64,000 nucleotides of DNA from Deltaproteobacteria bacterium (GTDB taxonomy: Bacteria; Desulfobacterota; JAJRXV01): assembly GCA_024275075.1 (NCBI GenBank), contig JAJRZU010000054.1, positions 6,546 to 70,545 on the forward strand, read 5' to 3'. A program made the translations under genes and the position numbers. The notes under the pieces were generated by a model. That model saw only the letters and a list, made by a program, of their open reading frames with translations, did not search any database and was not told where the DNA came from. Below, in pieces: positions 19,220 to 27,326 of this stretch; position 1 is the stretch's first letter, and the number at the start of each line of letters is the position of its first letter.

Positions 19220-19548
19220 TTTTTAATATGTAAATATATTAATATATCCCAATGCAGATGTCAAGGACTTTAAACGCTTTTTTATCTTTTTACCTTACCT
19301 CTTATGGGACTGTTACCAAATAGAAGATTTTAAAGAATTTTTAAAAAGCTGTCGTTGTAAGTTATTGAAAAAATGGGGGAGCGACCAACGGACGCGAAGG
19401 GGGGAATTCCCCCCTTTATTGTATTGGGCAACATGCCCATGTAAAAACGTGTGGTATGTGGCAAAAAACGTACGCGGGAACCACCGGATTTTATTATTCT
19501 TGAAAAATAAAGTAAAATAAGATATGTTATAGGTGTAAGTTTTCATAG

Positions 19549-20370
19549 ATGACAAAAGTTTTTGCGAGGTTGGTAATGGGAAAGGAAAAGCCTGTAACAT
19601 ATTCACCAAAAAAACAATTTAGCTTCATCAATGTAATTGTGCTTGTCCAGCTGATTGTGCTCGCGGTTCTGGTATATTTCATACTCTCTCAGAGGCAAAA
19701 GACTGTAGTTGAGACAGTCGATACGAGTAGCCCTGCGCCGATGATAAGGATAACCAGCCAAAAGAGCCCTGCAAAGACCCAGGCCAGGCAAAAGAGCGAA
19801 GCCGCGGCGAGCACAAAGAAGAAGGCGAAGCGAAAGAAGAAAGTGAAAAAAACGAAGGTGGTCGAAGCAAAACTCCCACCGGTGCAAACCGCGCCTAAGG
19901 AGTCCGCGGTAAAGAAAAAAGGTTATTATTTACAGGTAGGCGCCTTTGCTGACAAAGCAAATCTTGAGGAATTAAAGCAGCAGATAGACGGATACGGCTA
20001 TCCCATTGATATCAGGACGGCAAAGAAGAAAATTGATGTCATAAAAGTCACGCTCGGCAGGTTCAGTGCGAAGGACGATGCGGATGAAGCCGCAGGGGAA
20101 ATCAGGGAGCTTGGTTATAAACCTGACATCACAGAGCTTGCTAAAGGTAAATATGAGGTCAGCATCGGCTCAATTTTATATCGATCAGTAGCGCAGGAGA
20201 TCAAGGAGAAGCTTGCCAAGAGTGGTATAAAAGTTAGGATAAAAGAAGAGAAGAAATATAACGACCTGTATATATTGCGGGTTGGTGCCTATGACTCGAA
20301 GCAGGAAGCCAGGGCAGTGCAAAGTGAGTTGACGGGAAAGGGCGTCAAGTCATATTTATTTAATAAATAG
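19549..20370 (+). CDS. Membrane-anchored SPOR-domain protein (two SPOR repeats, Lys-rich linker)
   Basis: N-terminal TM helix, KKAKRKKKVKK linker and two SPOR-like modules (YYLQVGAF..; YILRVGAYDSKQEARAVQSEL). Confidence 0.65.
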   Translation: MTKVFARLVMGKEKPVTYSPKKQFSFINVIVLVQLIVLAVLVYFILSQRQKTVVETVDTSSPAPMIRITSQKSPAKTQARQKSEAAASTKKKAKRKKKVKKTKVVEAKLPPVQTAPKESAVKKKGYYLQVGAFADKANLEELKQQIDGYGYPIDIRTAKKKIDVIKVTLGRFSAKDDADEAAGEIRELGYKPDITELAKGKYEVSIGSILYRSVAQEIKEKLAKSGIKVRIKEEKKYNDLYILRVGAYDSKQEARAVQSELTGKGVKSYLFNK

Positions 20371-20390
20371 GATAATAATCTCATAAATAT

Positions 20391-21521
20391 ATGCAAAAAG
20401 AGCAATTACTAAAATTAAAAGTCAAGAACATCGTCAAGTCATTTCTTGATGAAAAAATTACCCCTAAGGATATCAGGTTACAGGCCGCGAAGGGGCTGAT
20501 ACCCTTGCAGACGAATGAGCTGATCACAACGCTTTACTATTTAAGGTATGATAGTGAAGAGGATATTAAGAGCAGCGCAAAAGAATCTATCAAGCGCATT
20601 CCTGATAGTATGTTAAAAGGCTACCTGGCGTTAAGGCACCCTGCTGAGATATTAGACTATTTCGCGAAGCTGAAAGCCGGTGATGATCAGTTCCTCCAGG
20701 TGATAATCCTGAATAAAAGCACCTCTAACGATACGATCAAATCTTTGGCGGGCAACGTCACGGAAAGCCTTGCGACTATCATAGCCCAGAACCAGGAGCG
20801 GATCATTCAGGATCCCGAGATATTTGATTGCCTTGAAAAGAACGGTAACGTAAGCGCTTCTGTTATCGAGGGATTAAGGACTTTCTTAAAATCTTTCGGC
20901 GGTGAATCCAAGGAAACCGAAGAGTTCAAAGAATTTGATATGGATGAGCTGTTCCGCCTGAAGCCTGAAGAGCCGGAGCCCCCTATAGTAACAGAGCCCG
21001 TGGAAGCCGAGGAGGAGGAGCCCGAAGAGCCTGAGGATTATGAGCAGGAGCAGGTAAAGATGCCTTCTAAAGAGGAGCTTATCAATTACTCTGACCAGGA
21101 GGTCGAGGAGCTCAAGCTGAATCTGTACCAGCGTATCCAGTCTATGTCGGTCGCAGAGAAGATCCAGGAAGCGTTGAAGGGTTCCAGAGAGGCGCGCGGT
21201 ATTTTGATAAAGGAATCAAACAAGCTGGTATCGACCGCGGTAATAAAGAGCCCGAAAATAACAGAAGATGAGATTGTCAAGGTATCCGCCTCAAGAAGCG
21301 TTTCTGAAGAAGTGCTCAGGCTGATATGCAGGAAGAAGGAATGGACTAAGAATTATCAGGTCAAGGTAAATCTTGTTAATAATCCAAAGACACCGTTACC
21401 TGTATCGATGAGGTTCCTGCCATTTGTCCAGAAGCGGGATTTAGGCGCGATCGCGAGGAGTAAGATGATACCAAGCGTGTTGGTGATGGCGGCGAAAAAA
21501 ATGCTGCAAAAGAAAAGGTAA
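20391..21521 (+). CDS. Hypothetical protein with acidic EEPE-rich linker and HEAT-like C-terminal repeats
   Basis: Long ORF with no recognisable catalytic motif. C-terminus has NPKTPLPV.MRFLPFV repeat-like elements. Confidence 0.45.
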   Translation: MQKEQLLKLKVKNIVKSFLDEKITPKDIRLQAAKGLIPLQTNELITTLYYLRYDSEEDIKSSAKESIKRIPDSMLKGYLALRHPAEILDYFAKLKAGDDQFLQVIILNKSTSNDTIKSLAGNVTESLATIIAQNQERIIQDPEIFDCLEKNGNVSASVIEGLRTFLKSFGGESKETEEFKEFDMDELFRLKPEEPEPPIVTEPVEAEEEEPEEPEDYEQEQVKMPSKEELINYSDQEVEELKLNLYQRIQSMSVAEKIQEALKGSREARGILIKESNKLVSTAVIKSPKITEDEIVKVSASRSVSEEVLRLICRKKEWTKNYQVKVNLVNNPKTPLPVSMRFLPFVQKRDLGAIARSKMIPSVLVMAAKKMLQKKR

Positions 21522-21526
21522 TAATA

Positions 21527-21970
21527 ATGGTAGCTAAGGTTTACGCGATCAGCGTAAGTGAAAAGAAGGGGACAAGGAAAAGTAACGTGGAATCGGCCGA
21601 TCTGCAAGTCGATCTTGGTATTGTCGGTGACGCGCACGCGGGCAAGTGGCACCGTCAGGTCAGTCTCCTTGCGAAAGAGAGTATCTTAAAGATGCGTGAC
21701 AAAGGGCTGGACGTGACTTCCGGTGACTTTGCCGAGAACATCACCACCACCGGTATCGATCTTGTGAGCCTGCCGGTCGGCACCAGGCTACAAGTAGGGG
21801 GTGAGGTGATCCTTCGGATAACCCAGATCGGTAAGGTGTGTCACGATAAATGCGCCATTTACTATCAGGCGGGCGACTGCGTTATGCCCAGAGAGGGCGT
21901 CTTCGCCGAGGTAGTGGCAGGCGGCACAATAAAACCTGGCGACGACATAAAGGTGATAACCGATGATTAA
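21527..21970 (+). CDS. MOSC-domain protein
   Basis: 147 aa. GDxxxENITT..G and a conserved Cys (KVCHDKCAIYYQAGD) are typical of MOSC beta-barrel proteins. Confidence 0.7.
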   Translation: MVAKVYAISVSEKKGTRKSNVESADLQVDLGIVGDAHAGKWHRQVSLLAKESILKMRDKGLDVTSGDFAENITTTGIDLVSLPVGTRLQVGGEVILRITQIGKVCHDKCAIYYQAGDCVMPREGVFAEVVAGGTIKPGDDIKVITDD

Positions 21971-22454
21971 AGCCGCGATAGTGACCATGAGCGACAAAGG
22001 CTACAGGGGTGAGCGCGAGGACTTGAGCGCCGGCGAGATAAAGAAGCTTCTGAAGGATATCCCCGCCAAGTTAGCGAAATACATCATGATACCCGATGAA
22101 AAGAATATGATAATCGATACGCTTGTCAACCTTTGCGACAACGAGAAGGTTGACCTGATCGTCACAACCGGCGGCACCGGTGTCGGGCTGCGCGACGTGA
22201 CCCCCGAAGCGACAAAAGCGGTGATAGAGATTGAGGTGCCGGGCATGGCCGAGGCTATGCGGGCGAAGAGCCTTGAGAAGACGCCCCGCGCGATGATATC
22301 ACGAGCCGTCACCGGTATCAGAGGCGCGACGCTCATCATCAACCTGCCGGGCAGCCCGAAAGGCGTCCGCGAAAACTTCGCCGTGGTAGTCCCCGCCATA
22401 AAACACACCGTCGAGAAGATAAAGGGCGACAGCTCCGACTGCGCCGTTGAATAA
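21963..22454 (+). CDS. mogA: Molybdopterin adenylyltransferase MogA/MoaB family
   Basis: Overlaps the MOSC gene by 8 nt. Carries the TTGGTG motif (LIVTTGGTGVGLRDVTPEA) and GSP motif of the MoCF_biosynth fold. Confidence 0.85.
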   Translation: MIKAAIVTMSDKGYRGEREDLSAGEIKKLLKDIPAKLAKYIMIPDEKNMIIDTLVNLCDNEKVDLIVTTGGTGVGLRDVTPEATKAVIEIEVPGMAEAMRAKSLEKTPRAMISRAVTGIRGATLIINLPGSPKGVRENFAVVVPAIKHTVEKIKGDSSDCAVE

Positions 22455-22493
22455 ATGGTCGCTTGAGCTACTGGAAAATAATATTACGCACAA

Positions 22494-22530
22494 AAAAGAC
22501 CCCTAATTATCGGGGCCTTTTCGTTGAATA
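22494..22530. terminator. Bidirectional terminator between mogA (+) and the DUF39 gene (-)
   Basis: AAAAAAGACCCCtaattatcGGGGCCTTTT, a hairpin flanked by A- and T-tracts on both strands. Confidence 0.5.
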
Positions 22531-22543
22531 ATCTTATTGTTAG

Positions 22544-23722
22544 TTAGAAGTTAGTCGCCGTCGGTATGGGCTGGGTCGGCTCACCTAAGGTGAACTTACC
22601 GGCATCTATCCACTCTTTCAGCGTCTCGGCGATCTTTTTCGCCTTCGGGTAGCTTGAAAGCGGTGCGGTGCGCACTTCCTTGCCATCGATCGTTATCGAG
22701 CCGCTCTTGAGCTGCTTATAGTTCACTTCGCCGTAGCTCTTTGATATCATGTTCGGGTAGTCGTGACTATAATCGACTATCTGTGTGTAGATATCCTCGT
22801 CCTTGATCGCGGTGAACTTCGCCATCTCCTCGTTGAGTATCGGGATCGGTATACCAAGCCCGACGATGAGTGTGACGCCGTACCCTAAGAAGCTGGCGCC
22901 GACTAACCAGTCAGGGCTCATCTGCTTCAGATCACCGATAACAGAGATGGTGCCCGCCGGTGTCCTTGTAACGCCATTCTCGCCGCGCCGCGCGTTTGGT
23001 GCGTGCTGTGTGCCGTTCCAGAACACATACCCCTCGCCGCCGCCTAAGAATATCCTTGTACCGATACCGATAGTCCTGTAGAGCGGGTCGTTGAGCAGCG
23101 GACTGAGCTGACCGGCGCTGCAGTAGTTGGCGTTACCGACATTCGGCTTCAGTACACCCATATACGTGTATATCGCCTTGTCTGACATGTTGACCGCGCA
23201 GTTATAGTTCTGGTACGCGTTCCTTGGGTTACACAAAAACGCCTCATTCACGTCATTTAACGTGACCTCTTTCTCAATCCCCTTGTTCGGGTAGCAGTCA
23301 GTACCATAAGCTGTCGCTTTGAGTTTGACCTTTTTCCCTGCGACGAGGTCTTGTATCACATGGCCGCCGCCATATTTGAACTCACCGGGGAATACTTTGT
23401 TAAGCGGATCCTCTGAGGTGGGCTCCGTAGCGCCGATGTAAATGTCTACAGCGGCAAGCCCCGCATACGATGGTACGTCATTCAAAGACACGTTTGACGC
23501 CTTTATCCTCGGGTTCGCGTGCCCGAAGTTTATGAACGCGCCCGATGAGCACATAGGCCCGAACGTACCGGTCGTTACAACATCAACGTCCCTGGCTGCC
23601 TGCTCGGCGCCCTTCTCCTCAACGATACCGATCATCTCTTCTGCGGTAACCACAACAGCCTGTCTTTGCTTTATTTTCTCGTTTATCTCTTTGTACGTTT
23701 TGTTTACCTTAAAATCTCCCAT
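22544..23722 (-). CDS. DUF39/COG1900-family homocysteine-biosynthesis protein (L-aspartate-semialdehyde sulfurtransferase-like)
   Basis: 392 aa with conserved DUF39 blocks (VVTTGTFGPMCSSGAFINFGH..; GIGTRIFLGGGEGYV; LVGLGIPIPILNEE). Confidence 0.75.
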   Translation of the reverse strand: MGDFKVNKTYKEINEKIKQRQAVVVTAEEMIGIVEEKGAEQAARDVDVVTTGTFGPMCSSGAFINFGHANPRIKASNVSLNDVPSYAGLAAVDIYIGATEPTSEDPLNKVFPGEFKYGGGHVIQDLVAGKKVKLKATAYGTDCYPNKGIEKEVTLNDVNEAFLCNPRNAYQNYNCAVNMSDKAIYTYMGVLKPNVGNANYCSAGQLSPLLNDPLYRTIGIGTRIFLGGGEGYVFWNGTQHAPNARRGENGVTRTPAGTISVIGDLKQMSPDWLVGASFLGYGVTLIVGLGIPIPILNEEMAKFTAIKDEDIYTQIVDYSHDYPNMISKSYGEVNYKQLKSGSITIDGKEVRTAPLSSYPKAKKIAETLKEWIDAGKFTLGEPTQPIPTATNF

Positions 23723-23857
23723 AGTTACAATTTACCCCTTCCTGTAGTGTAGTTTGAAATCATATTTTCAGCTTGAAAAAACATACCACCGCACATATCA
23801 TCTTCCATAAACACCACCTCCTTAATGCGGACTGCGTGGCAGCCCTATACCACAAAG

Positions 23858-24325
23858 TTATATGAAGTACATGAACCGATAGTCAAATTCCCTTTTTATT
23901 CCCATCTCTTTTGCTCTGTCACAGATGTCCTGCAAAGAGATGGCGCTGAAGTAGTCGAAGAAATTCTCAGACGCTTCGTCCCAGAAGGTCCTCGTAGCGC
24001 AGATGTCATACTGTTCACATTTCTTATTACTCTTGCCCTTTCTCTTCGTACAGGGTACAAGCTGCGTGGTATTTTCGACCGCTTTTATGACATTACCGAT
24101 ACTTATATCTTTGGCGGGCTTAGCCAGGGAATATCCGCCGCTTGGCCCACGCTTACTCTTCAAGAGCCCGCCCTTTCTGAGTTTTTGAAATATCTGTTCT
24201 AAATACCTTTGTGAAATCTGCTGTCTTTTCGCGATATCCTTGATCTGGATAGGCAACCCGTTTGAGTGATAAGCTATATCAAACATCGCCCTGACCCCGT
24301 ACCGTACTTTAGTTGAAAGTCTCAT
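23858..24325 (-). CDS. Rrf2-family transcriptional regulator (Cys-containing, IscR/CymR-like)
   Basis: MRLSTKVRYGVRAMFDIA..QISQRYLEQIFQKLRKGGLL..RGPSGGYSLA with a C-terminal Cys cluster (C..C.....C). Confidence 0.8.
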   Translation of the reverse strand: MRLSTKVRYGVRAMFDIAYHSNGLPIQIKDIAKRQQISQRYLEQIFQKLRKGGLLKSKRGPSGGYSLAKPAKDISIGNVIKAVENTTQLVPCTKRKGKSNKKCEQYDICATRTFWDEASENFFDYFSAISLQDICDRAKEMGIKREFDYRFMYFI

Positions 24326-24642
24326 CTATACCTTACTATTTAAGCTGTAATTAAAAAGATTCCACAAGTTAGTATACTTTAGCGCCGGTGTCAAGAAAAA
24401 AGGCGTTTTACGCACATTTTTGTGGGGAATTATCGTGCAAAATATCCGTTTATTTATGAGAAAATACTTTAAATCACGTTGGGTTTAATGTATAATTTTA
24501 AATGAGATGCTATGAACCACTAAGAACACAGAGGATTTCTCAGAGTTCTCGGAGAAAAGCTTTTTAAACAAAAATCTCTGTGTCCTTAGTGTCTACTCTG
24601 CGTCTTGTGTGGTAAAAATAATTTCATTAAAGAGGAGATGCT

Positions 24643-25512
24643 ATGTTTAATAAAATCATGTTCCCAACCGATTTTTCGATGGCGACAAACAGAATATTTG
24701 ACTGTATCAATGACTTTAAGCGGGTTGGTATGACAGAGGCGGTATTCGTTCATATTGTGGATGAAAGGGATGAGAGCGACGTCTTGCAGCGAACGAAATG
24801 GGCAGAGGACGCGTTCAAAGAGTACGAGGAGCGGTATAAGGATGAGGATTTCAGTATCACGACTATCATACGGCATGGCGTACCGTTTATCGCGTTAAAT
24901 GATATTGCCAGCAAGGAGGCCGCCTCGCTGATCGTCATCACTTCACATGGTAAGAGCATGATAGAGAGGATGTTTTTGGGCAGTGTCGCCGAGAAACTGA
25001 TATATCACAGTGAAGTACCCGTTCTTATTGAAAAAGTAGCTATATTTGAGGCGTGTGAGCCCGAGCATTGCCATGAGATAGCGAAGAGGACGTTTAAGCA
25101 TATCCTGTTCCCGACTGACTGGTCAGAGTGCGCGCAGGATGTTTTGAATACGATAAAGCGGTTCAAGGATATCGGTATGGAGTCCGTAACGGTACTGCAT
25201 GTAATGGACGTGCGGAATTTGAAGTACCATACAAATAGTAAGATCAAGGAGTTTGAGGATATCGATTTAGAGAAGCTCAAAGTGGTGAAAGATGAATTAA
25301 CCGCGTACGGTCTAAATGTAGAGACCATGCTCGCCGCGGGCATACCGTATAATGAGATAAAGCGGGCGGCCAGGGAGACAGAGATCACATTAGTCGCTAT
25401 GGGCGTACACGGTAAAGGTTTCATAAAAGAGGCCTTGTTAGGGAGCACCGCCGAGAGGGTCGCGCGGCACGCTTTCAAACCGGTGCTGCTTTTGAGCCAC
25501 AAGAAAGTATAG
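24643..25512 (+). CDS. uspA: Tandem universal stress protein (2x UspA domain)
   Basis: Two UspA modules (KIMFPTDFS..SLIVITSHGKS; HILFPTDWSE..TLVAMGVHGKG). Confidence 0.85.
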   Translation: MFNKIMFPTDFSMATNRIFDCINDFKRVGMTEAVFVHIVDERDESDVLQRTKWAEDAFKEYEERYKDEDFSITTIIRHGVPFIALNDIASKEAASLIVITSHGKSMIERMFLGSVAEKLIYHSEVPVLIEKVAIFEACEPEHCHEIAKRTFKHILFPTDWSECAQDVLNTIKRFKDIGMESVTVLHVMDVRNLKYHTNSKIKEFEDIDLEKLKVVKDELTAYGLNVETMLAAGIPYNEIKRAARETEITLVAMGVHGKGFIKEALLGSTAERVARHAFKPVLLLSHKKV

Positions 25513-25605
25513 CGCGCGTGGTATCTGCGTAAAATCAAGACAAGGGGTCATATACTTATCTTTCAAAGCAAGAAAATCATCTTCTTAGCGCTCATCTTTA
25601 TCATA

Positions 25606-27273
25606 ATGATAAAAAGCTTCGTCTGGTCTGTCGCGACGCCTTTGTGGCACGCCCCTGATGAGCTTGCGCACTACCTCTACGCCGATATCCTCGAGCGGGA
25701 AAGCGCGTTAGTCCTTAACAAATCATATCTTCTTCCTTATAGTATCTATAAATCAATAGCGGCATCAAATTACTATTCCCATAATTTTGATAAGAAACGC
25801 TACTTGTATGATGGTAAATACGCGCCATTTGAGAAGAATATCGACGCTGTGACAGACCCCGCGGAGGCGAAAGACCTTTTTCTCAGCCTGCCGCCGGTAG
25901 ACCTTGAGGCGATTACAGCGCCGTGGGAGCCTGAAATCGTCAAAGAGCGTGATGACAGCGTTTCTTACGATATATCGTTTTTGTTTACAAAAGCCAAAGA
26001 GCCTGTTTTGATATATTGCCGGAAGTACAAGGGCGAGTTCCAGATGAACACTCCTATGGAGAAATCAACGGGCTTTCTGTTTATCGATAATAAGCTCGAT
26101 GAGACGCTGATCGTCGGTGATGGACAAGACGCCTCTATCAAGGGTATGATCGCGACCTTTGCAAAGCGTCCTGACGAGCGGCTCGCCGTGCGGGCGCTGC
26201 CGATAGGCTGGGAGAAAAGGGACTATTTTACGCACGTCAATATGTACCCCCCGCTATATTACATGATAGTCGCCGGTATTCAAAGAGCTGTGCGCTGTTT
26301 TGGCGCAAGTATAATCAACGATCACTTTTTCAGCAGATTATTCTCCGTATTCCTCAGCGTTATCGCGGTCTTCTTCGTCTACGGGTCATTTAAGGTCGTC
26401 TGGCCGGATGACGAGCGCTGCGCCATTGCCGGTACGCTGCTATTCTCGTTCTGGCCGCAAAACTCGTTCGTGTCCGGTACGATAAACCCCGAAGCGCTTC
26501 TGAACTTATTTTGTACCGTCTCCTTTTACTACATTGTCAGAATACTGTTTGCTAAGGACGAATCATCAGCGAAGGATTGGGCGCTTTTCGCACTCGCGGC
26601 ATCGCTCGCGGCGCTCTCAAAAGTAAGCGGCATTCTCTTAATATCCATCTGGGGCGCAATATTAGTGCTATGGGCGATATATAAAGAAGGTAAGCTGCGC
26701 GCTGTCTATTTCCTGCCGGGCATACTGATGTTCTTCGGGGCATACCTTCTCTGGTTCAAACAGCGCGGGTTCGGGGTATTGGCGCCGATGGCGCTCGTAG
26801 ACTTCTCTTTACCCCAATATATCGCGTATTACATACAAAACCCTATGCCGCTGTTCAAGACATTTGCCGGCTTTTTCGGCGCGCTAAAGAACCCTATGCC
26901 AACGCCGGCGTATTATATACTGATCCTCTTCATCATCATTATGCTGTTCTTCTTTATTTACGCTATGATAAACAATATACACAAAGAGAGAAGAAAAAGA
27001 TTCGCGATCCTTTTTGTATCCGTGACTCTCTCTTTTCTCTTCTTCTTCGTCATGGAGTTTTTAAGATTGAAAAGTACCGGCCTGGTATTACAGGGCAGAT
27101 ACTTCCTCTTCCTGGCGCTACCGCTCACCATAATAGCATTGGCTGGCATAGAGCAAAAGGATGGCCGGATGAGAAGATACGCAAATATCATGTTAGACCT
27201 GTTTGTCCTGACGGTTTTATCGATGAACGTTTACGCTCTGGTGAATTATGCCGCGCAGAACTACAATTTGTAG
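25606..27273 (+). CDS. GT-C-fold (PMT/ArnT-like) polytopic membrane glycosyltransferase-like protein
   Basis: N-terminal PDELAHY (the DE..H/Y motif of the first periplasmic loop of ArnT/PMT enzymes) and about 10 C-terminal TM helices. True start is probably upstream (see findings). Confidence 0.55.
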   Translation: MIKSFVWSVATPLWHAPDELAHYLYADILERESALVLNKSYLLPYSIYKSIAASNYYSHNFDKKRYLYDGKYAPFEKNIDAVTDPAEAKDLFLSLPPVDLEAITAPWEPEIVKERDDSVSYDISFLFTKAKEPVLIYCRKYKGEFQMNTPMEKSTGFLFIDNKLDETLIVGDGQDASIKGMIATFAKRPDERLAVRALPIGWEKRDYFTHVNMYPPLYYMIVAGIQRAVRCFGASIINDHFFSRLFSVFLSVIAVFFVYGSFKVVWPDDERCAIAGTLLFSFWPQNSFVSGTINPEALLNLFCTVSFYYIVRILFAKDESSAKDWALFALAASLAALSKVSGILLISIWGAILVLWAIYKEGKLRAVYFLPGILMFFGAYLLWFKQRGFGVLAPMALVDFSLPQYIAYYIQNPMPLFKTFAGFFGALKNPMPTPAYYILILFIIIMLFFFIYAMINNIHKERRKRFAILFVSVTLSFLFFFVMEFLRLKSTGLVLQGRYFLFLALPLTIIALAGIEQKDGRMRRYANIMLDLFVLTVLSMNVYALVNYAAQNYNL

Positions 27274-27326
27274 GCGGCGCCATGATGCTTGCGTTTAGAT
27301 GCAGTTAAAGTAAAAGAGAGACTCTC

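Noticed and set aside
19313-19609. 98-aa minus-strand ORF across the arsR/SPOR intergenic region
   Set aside because: Overlaps the promoter and palindrome region and the start of the SPOR gene; no supporting signals.
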